Made by a program: the position numbers and the translations under genes. The notes below the pieces were generated by a model that was not told the DNA's origin, did no database searches, and saw only the letters and a list, made by a program, of their open reading frames with translations. Source: Eledone cirrhosa (taxonomy: Eukaryota). From it: a stretch of 64,000 bases of DNA. Numbering within the stretch: the stretch's first letter is position 1; each line of letters starts with the position of its first letter. The DNA is taken from the NCBI GenBank assembly GCA_964016885.1, contig OZ024758.1, positions 19,406,001 through 19,470,000 on the forward strand. The letters run 5' to 3'. Shown here piece after piece: positions 45,170-60,392 of this stretch.

Positions 45170-47019
45170 CATGTGTGTGTATGTATATATACACATCATA
45201 TATATATATATATATATAGCTTATATATATATGTATATATATATATATATATAAATACATATATATGTGTGTGTCTGTGCGTGTGTGTGTGTGTATGTGT
45301 GAGTGTGTGTGTGTAAATATATATGTATAACAACATATATATGCGTATGTGAACGCGTTACCTTTTTTATCATGAAACGTCAAAGATTTACAACTCTATT
45401 CCTTGATTATGCAACGCGCTATATCAGTTGGAAAAGGATGGAGATTAAAAGGAAAAGAAACACAAAATAACACGTCTGATATCTTGACAGAATCAATTTT
45501 CGTACAGCATACATATTCTGCTCTCGAAACTGTATTGAAATCTTGTGATTTGCATTTGATCCTTAAAGTTTTCCAATATTCATTTTCGTTGACCTGCCTT
45601 GACCCAGCCTGCAGTCATCAAATTATCTGTGGGATGTTCTAGCTTCACTTTCAAAGAGAAATCTTCCTCCAAAGAATATTGCCTGTGGTGGGTTGCCAAG
45701 CTTTGATGGAGATATGCCAATATTCAGCTGTCATCGGTGATATTCTTAGCTCAGTCTAAATAATTAGTGAGATGAGACCCATACAAGTTCAGGTTATAGG
45801 ATCAACAAAGAATACTTTTACATTCTTTTTGAAATGACAATATTTCATGAACATTTTGTTGGATATTTGCCAACTATATATTTTATTCGTCCGTGTATTT
45901 TGCATAATAGGTATTTTGGAATATCGCATAATATCGTTGATCTATACCGAATAAATAAGTGAAATATTTTTTTTTTCTTTTTATGTCAATTACAGATTCA
46001 ACGCTGCAAGTGGTGGTGTGAAATCTATTGTTGAAAAAATATTATAGTTCATTGCTCTAAATTGTAATGTTGCCTTCACAATGTATGGGAATATATGTTC
46101 GGCCTTCATGTTCAACAACTTCTCAAGAAAATTCGTAAAAACAGATAATGTAGCGCTGACCATATTTATCGACCTGAAGCACGTACATTCATATATAAAT
46201 ATACTTACATCTATATAAAGCATTTTCCAAAGAATGATTGATATAGATCTATTATAAACTTACTGATACATGCAACCTGTCATAGGGAAGAATGGGTACA
46301 CTATTCCAGATTCGAAAGGAATGCCACATTCGAGACCTAATATATCTTTAAACGAATTATTTAATCGGTCAGATTTGCTAAATATCTACGTCTCGGTCTT
46401 AATGTTTTCTTTCGTCAACATTACAGCGTAAATCGTATTTGTATATTAAGAATTAGTTAACATTGTTACAACATTCTATTTATTTATTACGGGAATTATA
46501 ATGAAATGAATTTCCATGAATTATTCTGTTATATTTCGCCTCTAGTATGTTTAATGTGTATACAACCCATCAACAAGATGCGTTATCATTCATAATCTTG
46601 GCTAAAACAAATATTATATTTTAACATCATTAAATAGTTCAACACATAGTATATATGTTCACAAACTTCATGAATTTGATTACGTATTCATGTAGAGATG
46701 CATATGTCATATACGAAACTCTTTTGTATATTAAATTATTGCCAATCAATATATTGAACAACAAGTAAGGTATCGATACACTAAATGGCACAGTAGTAAT
46801 TTGGTTAGTATCTTCATGCACTTGATTTAATCCCATACGATTCTATTAAAATCCATAATCTTCTCCATTCGATAATGTTATCTCTATTCAATTGCTGATG
46901 TATGATAAGAAGATTCTACTCTACCATATCAATTTGTGTGCAAGTGTCTAAAATAGAAGAAATTGTATGCTATGCATTGGTATATAGATTTATGCAAATT
47001 GCATCGGTCTATCACAATA

Positions 47020-47140
<121 letters not shown>

Positions 47141-47173
47141 TAAGTGTGTGTGTGTCTGTCTGTATATATATAC

Positions 47174-47204
<31 letters not shown>

Positions 47205-47353
47205 AGTAGTGTATGAAACCAATATGCTGAACGTGACACAATTTTTAAACTATACATTATTTTTTTGTGAATTTCCATAACTATGGAAGAAATAATATTG
47301 TACATACTTAACGCTGTATTATAATTTTACATTTAACTATCATTCTATCTATA

Positions 47354-47812
47354 TTAGTCAAAATCCTCCTCCTTTGAATCTGACGCGTATCTGTATATTA
47401 GCAGGTAATCGTTGAAATCTTGCCATATTACTGCGATACCCTGATCAATATATACTTCCTTACTACCATCCACCAATAAATGAATTAATAGACCCCCACA
47501 AAAAACCTGTAAAATACCTAATGTAATCCTACACAAAGCCCTGTGATCGCCAAAAGAAAATCAAATATCTTCATCAACCTTCTTAAAAATAATTTCTACT
47601 CAACGACCGTTACCAGAATACGTCAAGAAAACATTGTCAAAATCCTTTGCAACTCTTTTCCCAACTTCTGAAGGAACATCGATTGCTGTAACATGGCGAA
47701 ACTCAAGACAAGTAGAACAAACACAGACCTAGACTTAAACTTCTCCAAGCAAATCAACTGCACCAACAAATACATCTGTCCATTTAACGCTATGTAATGG
47801 TAAAGAAATCAT
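47354..47812 (-). pseudogene. Decayed intronless 153-codon reading frame of unknown family
   Basis: ATG to TAA in one frame with 4 internal stops, protein-like composition, strong T-ending codon bias. Confidence 0.4.
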
Positions 47813-48778
47813 GTATATAAGTGTAACGTAGAAACAAAGGTTACGCAGGTTTGATAGCTTGTGAAATAAAAACAATATTTTACTAGCATCAATTCAGCTT
47901 CAGGATCTCGACTCGAAAACAGGCAACCATTATCCAACTACATATGGGATCTAAGTGAACACGATATAATTTCTCAAGTTGCAATTGATTAACTTCATCA
48001 AGTCATTGGTATACAACTGGAGATGCCTCGCATGAAACCTCTGTTCCGAGAAACTATGTTCTTGTTAGATCATACAACCACCGCATAGAATAAATATACC
48101 TCATCCAAGGGCCCCATCAATATATAAATTGTAGTCATGAAGTGAATGTTATTTACTTCTCGAGATTGTAAACGATTGAGAAATCAATTGAAATTGTGTA
48201 ATAATATACGACCGGTTCGAGAAGAGCTTACACGAAAGTATATATTTTATAAATGTCCGTCTTATATTTATTTTTTTCAAATGAGTCAGGGAAACTGATT
48301 GGATAAACATAACTAGTTACGTAAAGCAAAACAATATGAAAGGTAAAGAATATTAAGAAAATCGAAGAAATGATTGCCATTATCAATAAATGCGTGGTGT
48401 TAAATGTATCATTAATAGTAAAATAGAATGAGAAATTTAATTAATTTTAATGGCAGCTGGGGCACGTTGATTTGTAATTAATTTTCGTTCAGGAAATTGC
48501 CTCTAGTGACAATAAATAGAAACAATAAGTTATGATGATATAAAGCGATTATGCTTTTGTTATGATTTTACTTTATTTATATTTACGTCGTTACCGTCCT
48601 TTCTGTTATGGTTATGCGCAATTATATAACAGCATACGTAGACTTTAGATATCGTAGGAACAGGGGCAGTAGTGCTTTGACTTAATTCATGGTACGTTAC
48701 CAGAATATTCCAGATTTACACTGGTATATTCTAAAAGTGTTTCTCAATTAATTTAATTTTTTTGGTTTAAAACATATA

Positions 48779-48854
<76 letters not shown>

Positions 48855-48965
48855 ACGTACGTCAATACTCATCTTTTTCCATTTCTCCGAGGGTTCTTAA
48901 CGCCACTATCAGACTAAATGATTTCTTTAATTTCCTTAGTAAACAAACGGCGATAGCTTACATTT
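48855..48965. repeat. Short (TA)n-flanked dispersed repeat; inverted copy at about 59145-59255
   Basis: GAGGGTTCTTAAC..CACTATCAG and TTTCTTTAATTTC shared. Confidence 0.8.
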
Positions 48966-48967
48966 CT

Positions 48968-49013
<46 letters not shown>

Positions 49014-49017
49014 CATA

Positions 49018-49096
<79 letters not shown>

Positions 49097-49769
49097 ATAT
49101 ATATATCTATATATATATATATATATACGTATTTTGAAATATATATATATATATATATATATAGTTATAGGAATAACCAAAGAGTGCTTACAAAAATACA
49201 TTGTTTTATTAGCTAACAGTGTTTCATCCATACACCATGGCAGGAACCTTAGAGCCTATAAACATGAGTATATTAGTAGTTGAATGCTCCATCGAGCTGC
49301 ATCACCAGAACAAGGTTAAATGACCAGCAGGGGGGGGGGGGTTCCCGAGGCCAGCGCTATATGGAAAAAGACAGAATACATGATGTACATAATGTCATAA
49401 AATGTCTTTAAAAGTTTAAAAATTAAAAATTACACCAAACATTTATCACTTAAATGGAGCAATAGATGATAAAGAGGTTGGGAGAGGGTAGCAAGGGATG
49501 AGTCAGGGTATCACTCAGCATGATCAGAAACAATAAGAAAATAAAAAAAAATGTATAAAAAAGTACAAAAATACAGGGATAAGAAAAGAGATAAATATAA
49601 AAATACAAAACAATAAAAGAACAAAAAGCCCGGAAACCCACCAAAAAATATAAGACAAAGCAAAGCATAGATGCATCAAGGCACAAGCAGTGCTAACAAG
49701 AGGGTGTACAGGCAGATCAAGAGAGTTTGCAAACATGTGTCTGTTAAAAGAATAGTTGGTTAGCAATGG

Positions 49770-50230
49770 TGCAGCCTTACATTTATGATAGTCCATATGA
49801 GGGAGGGTGTACTCCAATTATATCGCCTTGTAACAGATCGATTCTCCTTATCATATCCGCACATTACGAACCACATCGATATGTTCCAGTTCCGAACGTT
49901 AAGTGAGATAACACTATTTTTCCAAAACCTATACCCAAGGGATCTATCACCATAGGCGGTCTGGGATATACACCTACAATCTTCAATAAAACATAAAAGA
50001 AAGTACGACGAGTTAAAGAGATGTATGGCACATATACAGCCGGCACAGATGTGAGGAAATTGAAAACGTGCCAGGTGAAATTCACTGTATGTCCAAGTTG
50101 GCATTCAATCAATGTATCGCACCGCATACAACTGTACCACTGTAAATACAAATCATGATGGCAATCCCGTTACATATAGAGAACAAGTGTATACAGGAAA
50201 CTCCGCTTCCAGAATCACATATGGCAGAAT
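49770..50230 (-). pseudogene. Possible relic of an LDLa/LRR receptor (GRL101-like GPCR) exon
   Basis: CDSGSGVSCIHLFSICNGI resembles an LDLa repeat; CFIEDCRCISQTAY...VISLNVRNWNIS resembles an LRR N-cap and first repeat; frames broken. Confidence 0.3.
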
Positions 50231-51893
50231 GAGCATATATTGTTATAATAATAGGCTGGTTTATTATAGTGAGTGCAAATTTCTGTAGAATATATATATA
50301 TATATATAGAAGAGATTCCTCACAACCAAACCTGTCAATGACAAGTATGTTATTTATATTTCCGCCACGTGGCTTTCGTTTAGATTATTGACTTTGGAGG
50401 TTGCAATCCATTCACAGTCGGGTGTGATCCCTCCTGGGTCGGCGGGAGTTCATTACCCAGTGCTGCACTTTGCCTTGTGTGTGGTTCCATAATTCATCAA
50501 AGCCGGAACACAATTCATATTCAACTAACTGCAAGCTTGAAAGATTAGTCTCTCGCTAGTAACACATAACGGTATTCTGAATATAAACACAGGATGTCGT
50601 AGTGTAGGTATGAAAGGTATGGGAGGCAACTCGCGTCATAAAGGGCGGATTATTTTGATATCCAACGGGATGCTAGAGGCGACTCTTTTGTTTGATTCGA
50701 AGCCCTCAGCGATCAACCTCACCTCCCCCCTGGGGCTAGGTCGATTCAGCGGCGCCCAGCATACACGATTTGCTACCATAGTTATATATATATATATATA
50801 TGTATATATTAAAATATATATATATATATATGTATATATTAAAATACACACACATTTATATATATATAAGTGTGTGTCATACATATAATTAATACAATGG
50901 TTCAATGGCAAGTTAATAAATTAGCCAGAATAAAATCAAGGGAGTGCAAATATAAAAAGAAATTTTAAATAAATAAATAAAAAAATCACTGTACTTCCTA
51001 TATGTGCCCTTACCACGGTTTCAAATCCCAAACGAATAGATAACCCAGGCGAAAGAAGTTATCGTCAGAAGGCATTTCTCTCTCGGAAAATATTAAATTC
51101 CCGAGTTAAAAATTACAAATGCCGCCATTCCAAACTGCCTCGGAATGAGAGCAAATGAATGATAAAGCAGTTTTGTCATGGTACCGTGTGCAAAGTCAAA
51201 AGTACGGTCGACAAGTCAACCCTGTACTGCTAAAAATAGCAGCCATTCAGACGACTAAAGGTTTCTCTACCATTGAGGAGAATAATAGTATATATATGTA
51301 TGTGTGTGTGTGTCTCTGTGTCCGTGTTTGTGTTTGTGGCTGTGTGAGTAGGCGGTTGTCCATATATATGTGTATTTGTACGATGAATCCAGGTTAATGC
51401 ATTTAAATACATAATATATTAATATTGATGATAATGAAAAGGATATGAGAGATGATGCTGACAATGATGATGATATTGAAGATGAAGGATTAAGATGAAG
51501 TTTACGATACAGTTTATACCACAGAACCAGAGTTGCAGGCACATTTAACGAGAAAAGATTGGAAATATAAGATCACATGCAGATAGGGAAGGATGAATCA
51601 TGTAATTTCTATAATTTAACTTCATTAATTATATTTACCTGTATCATATGCTTCACTCTCAACGTGATAATAAGATGTTAAGTCTAGGTTATCTCAAATA
51701 TAATATATACAAATAACTGTTTAAATGGACCGGAGAAAAAATATTACATGAATTTAAAAACAAAAGTCTGTATAAATTTAGATGAAGGCACGCATGTGAA
51801 CATTATACTTTTGTGTATATCTACACATATATTCCCACACACATACACACACACTCACACACACACACACACACACACATATATGCATATACA

Positions 51894-51926
<33 letters not shown>

Positions 51927-51942
51927 GTATATATATACATAA

Positions 51943-51977
<35 letters not shown>

Positions 51978-52008
51978 TATATATATATATATATATATAA
52001 CTAAATAA

Positions 52009-52097
<89 letters not shown>

Positions 52098-52113
52098 TAT
52101 ATATATATATATA

Positions 52114-52660
52114 TTGGAATAAATGCTCTGAAATAGCGATATATATATGTGAATATAGACATAGAATATTCGAAAATATTCTGTATGTTTATAATAAACA
52201 TTTTGAAGACCTAATCGCTATAGAATAGAATACGTCACGTATTACAATTAGATTCTTGTAATACGTGACGTATTCTATTCTATAGCGATTAGGTCTTCAA
52301 AATGTTTATTATAAACATACAGAATATTTTCGAATATTCTATGTCGATATTCATATATATCGCTATTTCAGAGCATTTATTCCAATTTCTAATTTCTGCC
52401 GGACCGGCAACCGCTCTTTCAAACCAGTTCCTGTACACAGCTAAGTATTCTATAAGTCTCTAGCTGTGTCATTCTCCATAAAAGCACTGGATATGTAGTC
52501 CTGAAGATTTCTAATAAGAATGAAACGCGTAGATTACTTCCCTTGCTTTTATCGAGAATCTAATTGTAATACGTGACGTATTCTATTCTATAGCGATTAG
52601 GTCTTCAAAATGTTTATTATAAACATACAGAATATTTTCGAATATTCTATGTCTATATTC

Positions 52661-52665
<5 letters not shown>
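52114..52665 (+). mobile_element. Young pLTR/retrozyme-like element: inverted partial unit + 308-nt unit + partial direct repeat, in (TA)n
   Basis: 52256-52357 repeated almost exactly from 52564; 52114-52255 is the reverse complement of the unit junction; hammerhead inside. Confidence 0.88.
52495..52537 (+). ncRNA. Intact minimal type I hammerhead motif
   Basis: gtagtc-CTGAAGA-tttctaataagaat-GAAA-cgcgt-A-gattac; palindromic ACGCGT stem III, GUA triplet. Confidence 0.88.
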
Positions 52666-52747
<82 letters not shown>

Positions 52748-52938
52748 TATATATATATAAATAAATATATATATATATATAAATATATAAATAAATATAT
52801 ATATATATATATAATATATATATATATATTTATATATATATAAATAAATATATAAATAAATATATATATATATAATATATATATATGTTTATATATATAT
52901 ACATAAATATATAAATAAATATATATATATATATTTTA

Positions 52939-52970
<32 letters not shown>

Positions 52971-53004
52971 ATAAATAAATATATATATATATATATATAA
53001 ATAA

Positions 53005-53039
<35 letters not shown>

Positions 53040-53214
53040 CATAAATATATATATATATAAATAAATAAATATATATATATAAATAAATAAATATATATAA
53101 ATAAATAAATTTATATATATAAATAAATAAATATATATATATAAATAAATAAATATATATATATATATATATAAATAAATATATATATAAATAAATATAT
53201 ATATATATAAATAA

Positions 53215-53275
<61 letters not shown>

Positions 53276-53395
53276 CGTGTGCGTGTGCGTGTGAGTGTGT
53301 GTATACATATATATATGCATATATATGACGTTTTTCTAAATGTATATATATATATATACTATATATATACATATACATATATATATATATATAAT
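52660..53395. repeat. (TA)n array with AAATAAAT interruptions and (TG)n
   Basis: Direct inspection. Confidence 0.98.
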
Positions 53396-54318
53396 TCCTA
53401 TTTCATACTCAAGTGATTTATAGTGGACTACAAATGTTTATACCATTCTCAACACTCCTCTTTCTCTATCTACCTCTATCTCTCTCTCTCTCTCTCTCTC
53501 TCACTCTCTCTCTCTGTATATATACCAGTAACATGTGATTATTGTGGATGTTCAATGGTCTACTACGTTGAAATTGTTAGTTAGTTTTATCATTCGATTG
53601 ATGTTCCTTCATAATATAATATGGTCAATCAAATACCTGTCATATTTCTGTATATTAACTTTGACAGCTAAAATCTCGTTTTCCTTACCTATACAATTCA
53701 TCGTAAAATACGACAGATTCTTATATTGTTCGTTAATACTATAGTAACAAGATACGTTAAGCAGAATATCGTATTTGATTAGGAAGTTCTCACTGTTTTA
53801 TCAGATTTCAAAGAATGAATTTTATCACTATTCTTCATATTAATTCTAGAAGATATAGAATATTTTTTGTAACTTTCTTTCCTTTATCACCAATTTCTAT
53901 TCTCATACTCATGCATTATGATCTCATGACATAATGCTTCAATTATTCTGTCGAAACAGAAAGCAGCCCATGATCGTTATTTCAAAAGATCTTCCGTTCT
54001 GTACGTACAGAATTTTCGCAGAGAAAAAAAATGGTATTCTTGTACACCCTGTTCGAGCATCATCTCCAATATAGGTTTACATCTGAGCTGTAAAAGATAC
54101 AGGATTATATTGAAAAATATTCGCCAGATTTGGGTTTATTATACATAGAAATGCACACACACATACACACACGCACACACAGACATATAAGCAAACACAA
54201 ACCTACACACACACATACATATATGTATATATATATATACACATATTGTCATTGAGAATATTTACGCAATTAATTTGGACCCTAGTATGAAAGCATCATG
54301 CTCATTCTCTCTATCTAT

Positions 54319-54419
<101 letters not shown>

Positions 54420-54695
54420 CCATGGTGTGTAACATGGAGTTACTGTTGGTTCACCTGGCTGAACACTCGCTGTTTAGGTTCACTTCTGTGTCGTGGTGTT
54501 GAGCTAGACAGAGTGTATTATTATAAAATAAAACGCGGGCGAGTGGTTACTCCTTCATTATGTTTATTGGTTGTTGACGCGTGTTTCATCAGCTCAAAGT
54601 TCGATCTGTATCGACCTAGCCCGACTCTGTAATCCACGTCTCGCTAGACCCCTTTATCTATACTTCTATCTATCCATCTATATATAAATCTCTGG

Positions 54696-54881
54696 GGCGG
54701 TGAATTGGTAGTATCGGTAGAGGGTTGGACGCCATGCTTTCTAGCATAGTTACGTCCCTTTACAGTCTGAGTTCAAATCCCGCCGAGGTTAACTTTGCCT
54801 TTCATCCTTACAGGGTCGATAAAATAAAGTACCAGTAATGTACTGGGTAATTGCTGGCCTTGTGCCAAATGTAGAAACAAT
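54696..54881 (+). mobile_element. tRNA-derived SINE, family A
   Basis: Full-length match to family A. Confidence 0.9.
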
Positions 54882-54886
54882 ATATA

Positions 54887-54967
<81 letters not shown>

Positions 54968-56619
54968 ATACTACCATAATCATAGGAACTATTTCTATAA
55001 TTCACGTTTGATAAACGCTGTCAAACACCCTTTGATACAACCCCATTTCTCCACTATTTTACAAATTCATCCATGTTTCTGTATGAAAATTTAATTGATT
55101 ACATAAGACTCACTCCTTATATTCTCTGTCTAATTAGAATCAGGATGTGTATTTAACGTTTGTGAAACTGTTCCAGATTGTCGTTGTATAGTTTTGGTTA
55201 TCCTTTCCTTATATTATGGAATTAAGGTAATTTTCTGTCAAAGTGATTGTCAGGTAATATCTCCACTATTCCATTATACTGCCCGTACTTGCATTGTTTT
55301 TAAAAATTATTAACATGAAAGTCATGCTATTATTGGTATTTTTCATATTAATACTGTGGCTGTTATTATTTATTTTAACATAACAAATGTTATCATTATC
55401 ATACCAGCATGGACATCAGCTTCTACTACATCTTTATCACCATCACCAGTATTATTAATACCATTTTATGTCATCCGTTTATTTCAATTTCATAATTTAC
55501 GTATCTTTTTTTAAATATTTATTTCCTATTTTATAGTAATTTAATCATGTCAGTTTTTAATAATTTGTCGAAATACTAGAAAACAATTTGAAATTATGGA
55601 CATTTTCGTGAGGAAAATGACAAGTTGGCATTAGCTTCTTTCTTAATCAAATGGATATTTGAAATTGTTTAAAAGCGTGCCATGGTTGTTTTTAATATTT
55701 ATATATTAATTTAAAAACAAAATGTGTCACACGTATGATTAAAACATTTCGCAATTAATTAAGGTTCATAATCAATATTTCTTTGTTTTCTAGAATCAAT
55801 TTCAAAAAAGGTATTATTGTATTGAGGTGTAGCGTAATGGTAAGTTCTTAAGGAATGGCATGCGTTGGTGAATAGCATACAGATTCCTACTAAAATATCG
55901 TGTTTATTAATAACCTATAACAAAAGTGATATTTTGTTTAATGGGACGCAACTCCGTGTGCGCTGTTGGTGCAGGTAAGCAGCAGGAGAAAAAATAGAGG
56001 CTATATGCAGGGTGGTAGCTGAATGAAAAGAAGTTGCCTGTGAGGCTCGAACTGAGGGTCATAAATGAAACCTCCTTAACCATGAGAATCCCATGAGTGA
56101 GTGGCGCATATGCGAAAATAGTTTCTTCTAGTCGTGCAGGTGTTGGTGTCAAACGGCTGATACATGGACAGCCCCAGTCCTTCTACGAAGAGAGCGTGGG
56201 AAGCTCTGGGGACCCTGTTGGTAACTCTGCCGCGTAGTATGGGCTAACATCGTTAACAATACCTTATCCGGGTTGTGGAAGGTTAGTTTACTTTAGTGCC
56301 ACACTCCTCTCTCTATTTATGGCGTATAAAGTATTTAAAAGCGTAAGCCGTATCACCAATACAGAGATTCCAAGGATGCCTGGTGAGATGATACTAAAAG
56401 GTAGTAACAATATCATACGCTGAACTATTCACGTCTGCTGATGTTTGATTGTGGTGCATGGGTAGCACCGCCTGCCGTCTTGCTTAGAGGGGGGTTGAGA
56501 CGTGGATGAATGTGGAGAAGCCCGTGCATTATTATGTCCTTCTTTAAATCGTTTCCATCCTTCGGAAATAACCTTAATCTTAAATTTCTGGAATATGCTC
56601 TCTCTCCGACGTTTCTATA

Positions 56620-57100
56620 TATATCTGAAAAATGTGTCACTAAACCCTGGAAAATATAAGTACTGTACAGAAATAAAGATACCTCAAATTTACTTCAGTG
56701 TAATTTTCAAAGCAACAGTATATAATCCTACAAACCTGTAGTAAAATAATGTTTCCTTTAATCGTTCATGTGTCTTTGAAAAAAAAAGAATATTTAAAAC
56801 CTAGAAAACGGTATACCTCTTATTGAAATAACATCAACATTTCTTAAAATCAACAATGTATAACGTTAGGTGCTGTAATGAAATATTTTTTCTTTAAATG
56901 GGTCTTGTCTCTTTGAAAAACGAATATGCTTTTCAATACTGGAAAACGGTACGATTAGTACTGAAATAACTGCTTCAAATTTACTTTACTTTATTTTCAT
57001 TAAACATAAAGCATTATGTACTCTATTGAAATAACGTTCCTTTATATCGTATCTTTAAAAAACAAATGTGTCTTTAAATCCTGCAAAACAGTATGTTTAC
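56620..57100. repeat. Degenerate tandem repeat, about 140-150 bp period, 3-4 copies
   Basis: Recurring TCTTTGAAAAA...CCTGGAAAACGGTA...TGAAATAAC blocks near 56640, 56800, 56940 and 57080. Confidence 0.7.
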
Positions 57101-58864
57101 TATTTTGCACCTCTATGCAGATAGAGCTACATCATTCATTGAATGATAAATATTAATGTATGCTAAAGACGGTTTGCTATTTCGAAGTGAAGTTAAAATA
57201 AAGCCAGTGGTTGTTACAATGGATCGGTAAATCTCACAGCCTATTTAAATCAACGCATGATTGAAGGCAACATTGTTAAAGAATGTCGACCTTATCAAAA
57301 TACGTATTTGAGCCAATACTTTACTGAAGCTCTGACTCTAATAAACCATTTACAGTTTCTCCATTGCCTTATCCATTTCGCGTGTTTTTTTTTCAACGCT
57401 ATGTAATATATCTTAATAACAATCATAGAAGAAAATAGGTTGTTTCCTTCCATATAATATATTTACGTATGAACATTTATATGGATATCTGCCAAGAAAT
57501 ATATAAAATTATGCTCGCATAAAATAAAAACTCAAAAGCCAACCAAATTATTTATCATACTGACGTATTCCAACATGAGAACTTTTGCATATCAAACCTG
57601 AATATATATTACGTATACTAATGTGGATATATATTACGTACACTACAGAAAAACCACCCTTTGGGTGGTTTTCTGCTAGCACGTGTAGTGTACATATTGA
57701 TATCATACGCAAGTATATATGCATGTAGATATGATACATGAAATAAAATCGTAATTGACATTTTACAAAGAAATTGGACGAAGACTGTGTTACACTCTCT
57801 TATGTAATCAGTAACGTAATCCATGAAGCATTTAAAAAATACGATATTATATATAAACTGCATTAGGAGAAAATTAGCGATGGAAATATATGCGATATTT
57901 TTATAATATGAAGGCCGCTAACCGGAAGTGTTAACATTTGAAAAGGCTAAAGAAGTGAATATTTAAATAAGCTATAAAATATATTTAATCAACAGCCACG
58001 AAATTTAGCACATATTTTATGCAATATTCATTCATTATTTATTCAAAGTAATCCGACTTATTTTACAAACGGGGTAAACAAATATATTCTGGACGCAATC
58101 CCGCACTTCTTTCTGTATTATAGTTAAGATATATATTACGTCCATATTGTCACGTTATTTGGATTCACGATTTTGACTAAAGACCACATCAACATCGATA
58201 TTTATTTTCATTATTGTCCTCAAAATTAAACCTCAAGGAAGTGTTCAGTATTTTTTTTTTCTCTCATTTGTTATTTATAGATTTTAAAATTACACTCGAA
58301 TTTAGTGCATTTTTTTACCGGCTTGCTCAGGATACGATATTGAATAGATTTAGTTATTGAACTGGAGACATATAGTGCTCACTTAAGTTTGTTATGCTCC
58401 CACCTGTTGCGCTAGTGGCTTATCCTGATATGCTACTTTGCTTTGCTTCATTTTCGTTGGAGATATCTGGTTGGAGATTATTTCTTGGGTTATTTTGTTT
58501 TTTTTCTGTAGTTGTAATACAGGGTAATTAATGTGGATGTGGTCGCAGAATGTTAAGCTAGAGATCTTGTATTACATTGTCTGACGGTTGTGAACGTCTC
58601 TCATTCCGTCTCTTACACATTAATTGTTGTTTCGAAGTTTGGTGACGTTGCCCATGGATTTGGAGCGGGTGTTTAGTTCTCATTTGTTTTGGGTTGTATG
58701 TGGTTGCTACGTGGTTTTCTTTTACTGGATTGGGTTAACTTGAGAATGGATAGTATCGATTTTGTATGCATTTGCTTGCGCTGGCACTTCATATTAACAA
58801 TTATATATATTATCCGGGTAGTATGTACGTGTGTATAGAAACGATGTATATTGCCATATATAAA

Positions 58865-58924
<60 letters not shown>

Positions 58925-59283
58925 AGTGTCAGCACCCCGACCGCTAAGCTCCGGCAGTTTCGACAGCTAAATCCAGGGCTCAACCGTCGGGGTCCTGTCT
59001 CATTTCATATTACCCACTCTACTCCCCTAAGTATCGAGTACTCTGGTGCGTAATGGTCTACCTGGCTTCTCACCATACTTGTTTTGTTATATATATATAT
59101 ATAAAGTAAGAATATTTTCGAAACAGCGAGCTATTTTGAAATTATAAATATAACTATCGCCGTATTTTGACTAAAGAAATTAAAGAAAATTATTTAACCT
59201 GATAGTGGGGTTAAGAACCCTCTAAGAAATGGAAAAAGAACAGTATTGACGTACATGGGAGTCGAACCCACATATTTGGAGAT

Positions 59284-59348
<65 letters not shown>

Positions 59349-60392
59349 CCAGGGAGTTTAATAATAGAATGTAATAGTTTCATTGACGCATTGTATATAA
59401 TATACACTGAGAGAGATAAAAGGCTAAACAATGCAGATTAGACTGCAAATTGAGGTAACCAAAAGTAAAAGTAAGTTACCTGGGAATGTGTTGTTTGTTG
59501 AGGGTTTTTTTGTTCTTTAATCTGCCCACTATTTCGATGGAGGGGGCTGGAATAATATCTGAATATGTTTCTATATACATTCAAATTCAAGATACAATAT
59601 AAAGGATGGCTGTCAAGCAATAAATAACAGACTGAAATGAAATACGATGTAATCATATTTGAAAATTTGTAGATGATCAGACGTAAAAAATATAGATTAA
59701 ATGGGCTGGGCGTAAAGAACCATTTATTATGAAATCAAATAATATGTGAATAAATGAGACGATGCTAATATTAAAGTTTAAGTAAATCGCATACGTTAGT
59801 GATATTTTCTATAAATATATTTATCTTACATTCATTGGATCTTGCTTCAACCAGTTTTCATAATATATGGATTCATATACAAATTTCAATTATTATGTAA
59901 TTGGGTTGGATTTATCAGAAATCCTATTATTTAACATGTAATCAGATACAGGATAATAATATCTTAACAGATTATTCTGATGGGGAATTATGAGAATTTT
60001 GAGAATACTGATTGTTTTGATAAGAACAGCTAATTTATTTTGAAATCCAAGGAAATGAGCGGCATAAAATGATAATAAAATCTCGTATACGACTGACATT
60101 TCCATAATTTCAGCAACACCATTTGTCAATTGCGTAAAGTTCCCACACATATTTGCTTAGATTTCAATAATGATATTATTATATCAGGTCTTTAATAATT
60201 TATGGAGATATGTTAAAAGGATATGTCTTCTCCTCTATCAAATCTAGACAGCAGGTGTCTGTATTCCGTAATTACAATGAAACATTTCCTGTGAATGTTG
60301 ATTTATTTACATCGAAGACAAGGTTATCAGCACTTAAGCATATTTATAATTTATTCTATGGCAACTTATAGATCATGGCACTTATGATATAA

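Noticed and set aside
51425-51495. Acidic DDNEKDMRDDADNDDDIEDEG stretch
   Set aside because: Degenerate (GAT)n trinucleotide repeat
54570-54600. Minus-strand GAAACACGCGTC hammerhead 3' half (similar at 16590 and 27775)
   Set aside because: No properly spaced CUGANGA plus stem II found
55860-56560. GC-richer stretch that looks like decayed coding or mobile DNA (similar at 45380-45830, 50290-50780, 58200-58800, 61000-61330)
   Set aside because: No diagnostic motif recognised in the frames I read; needs a translated search
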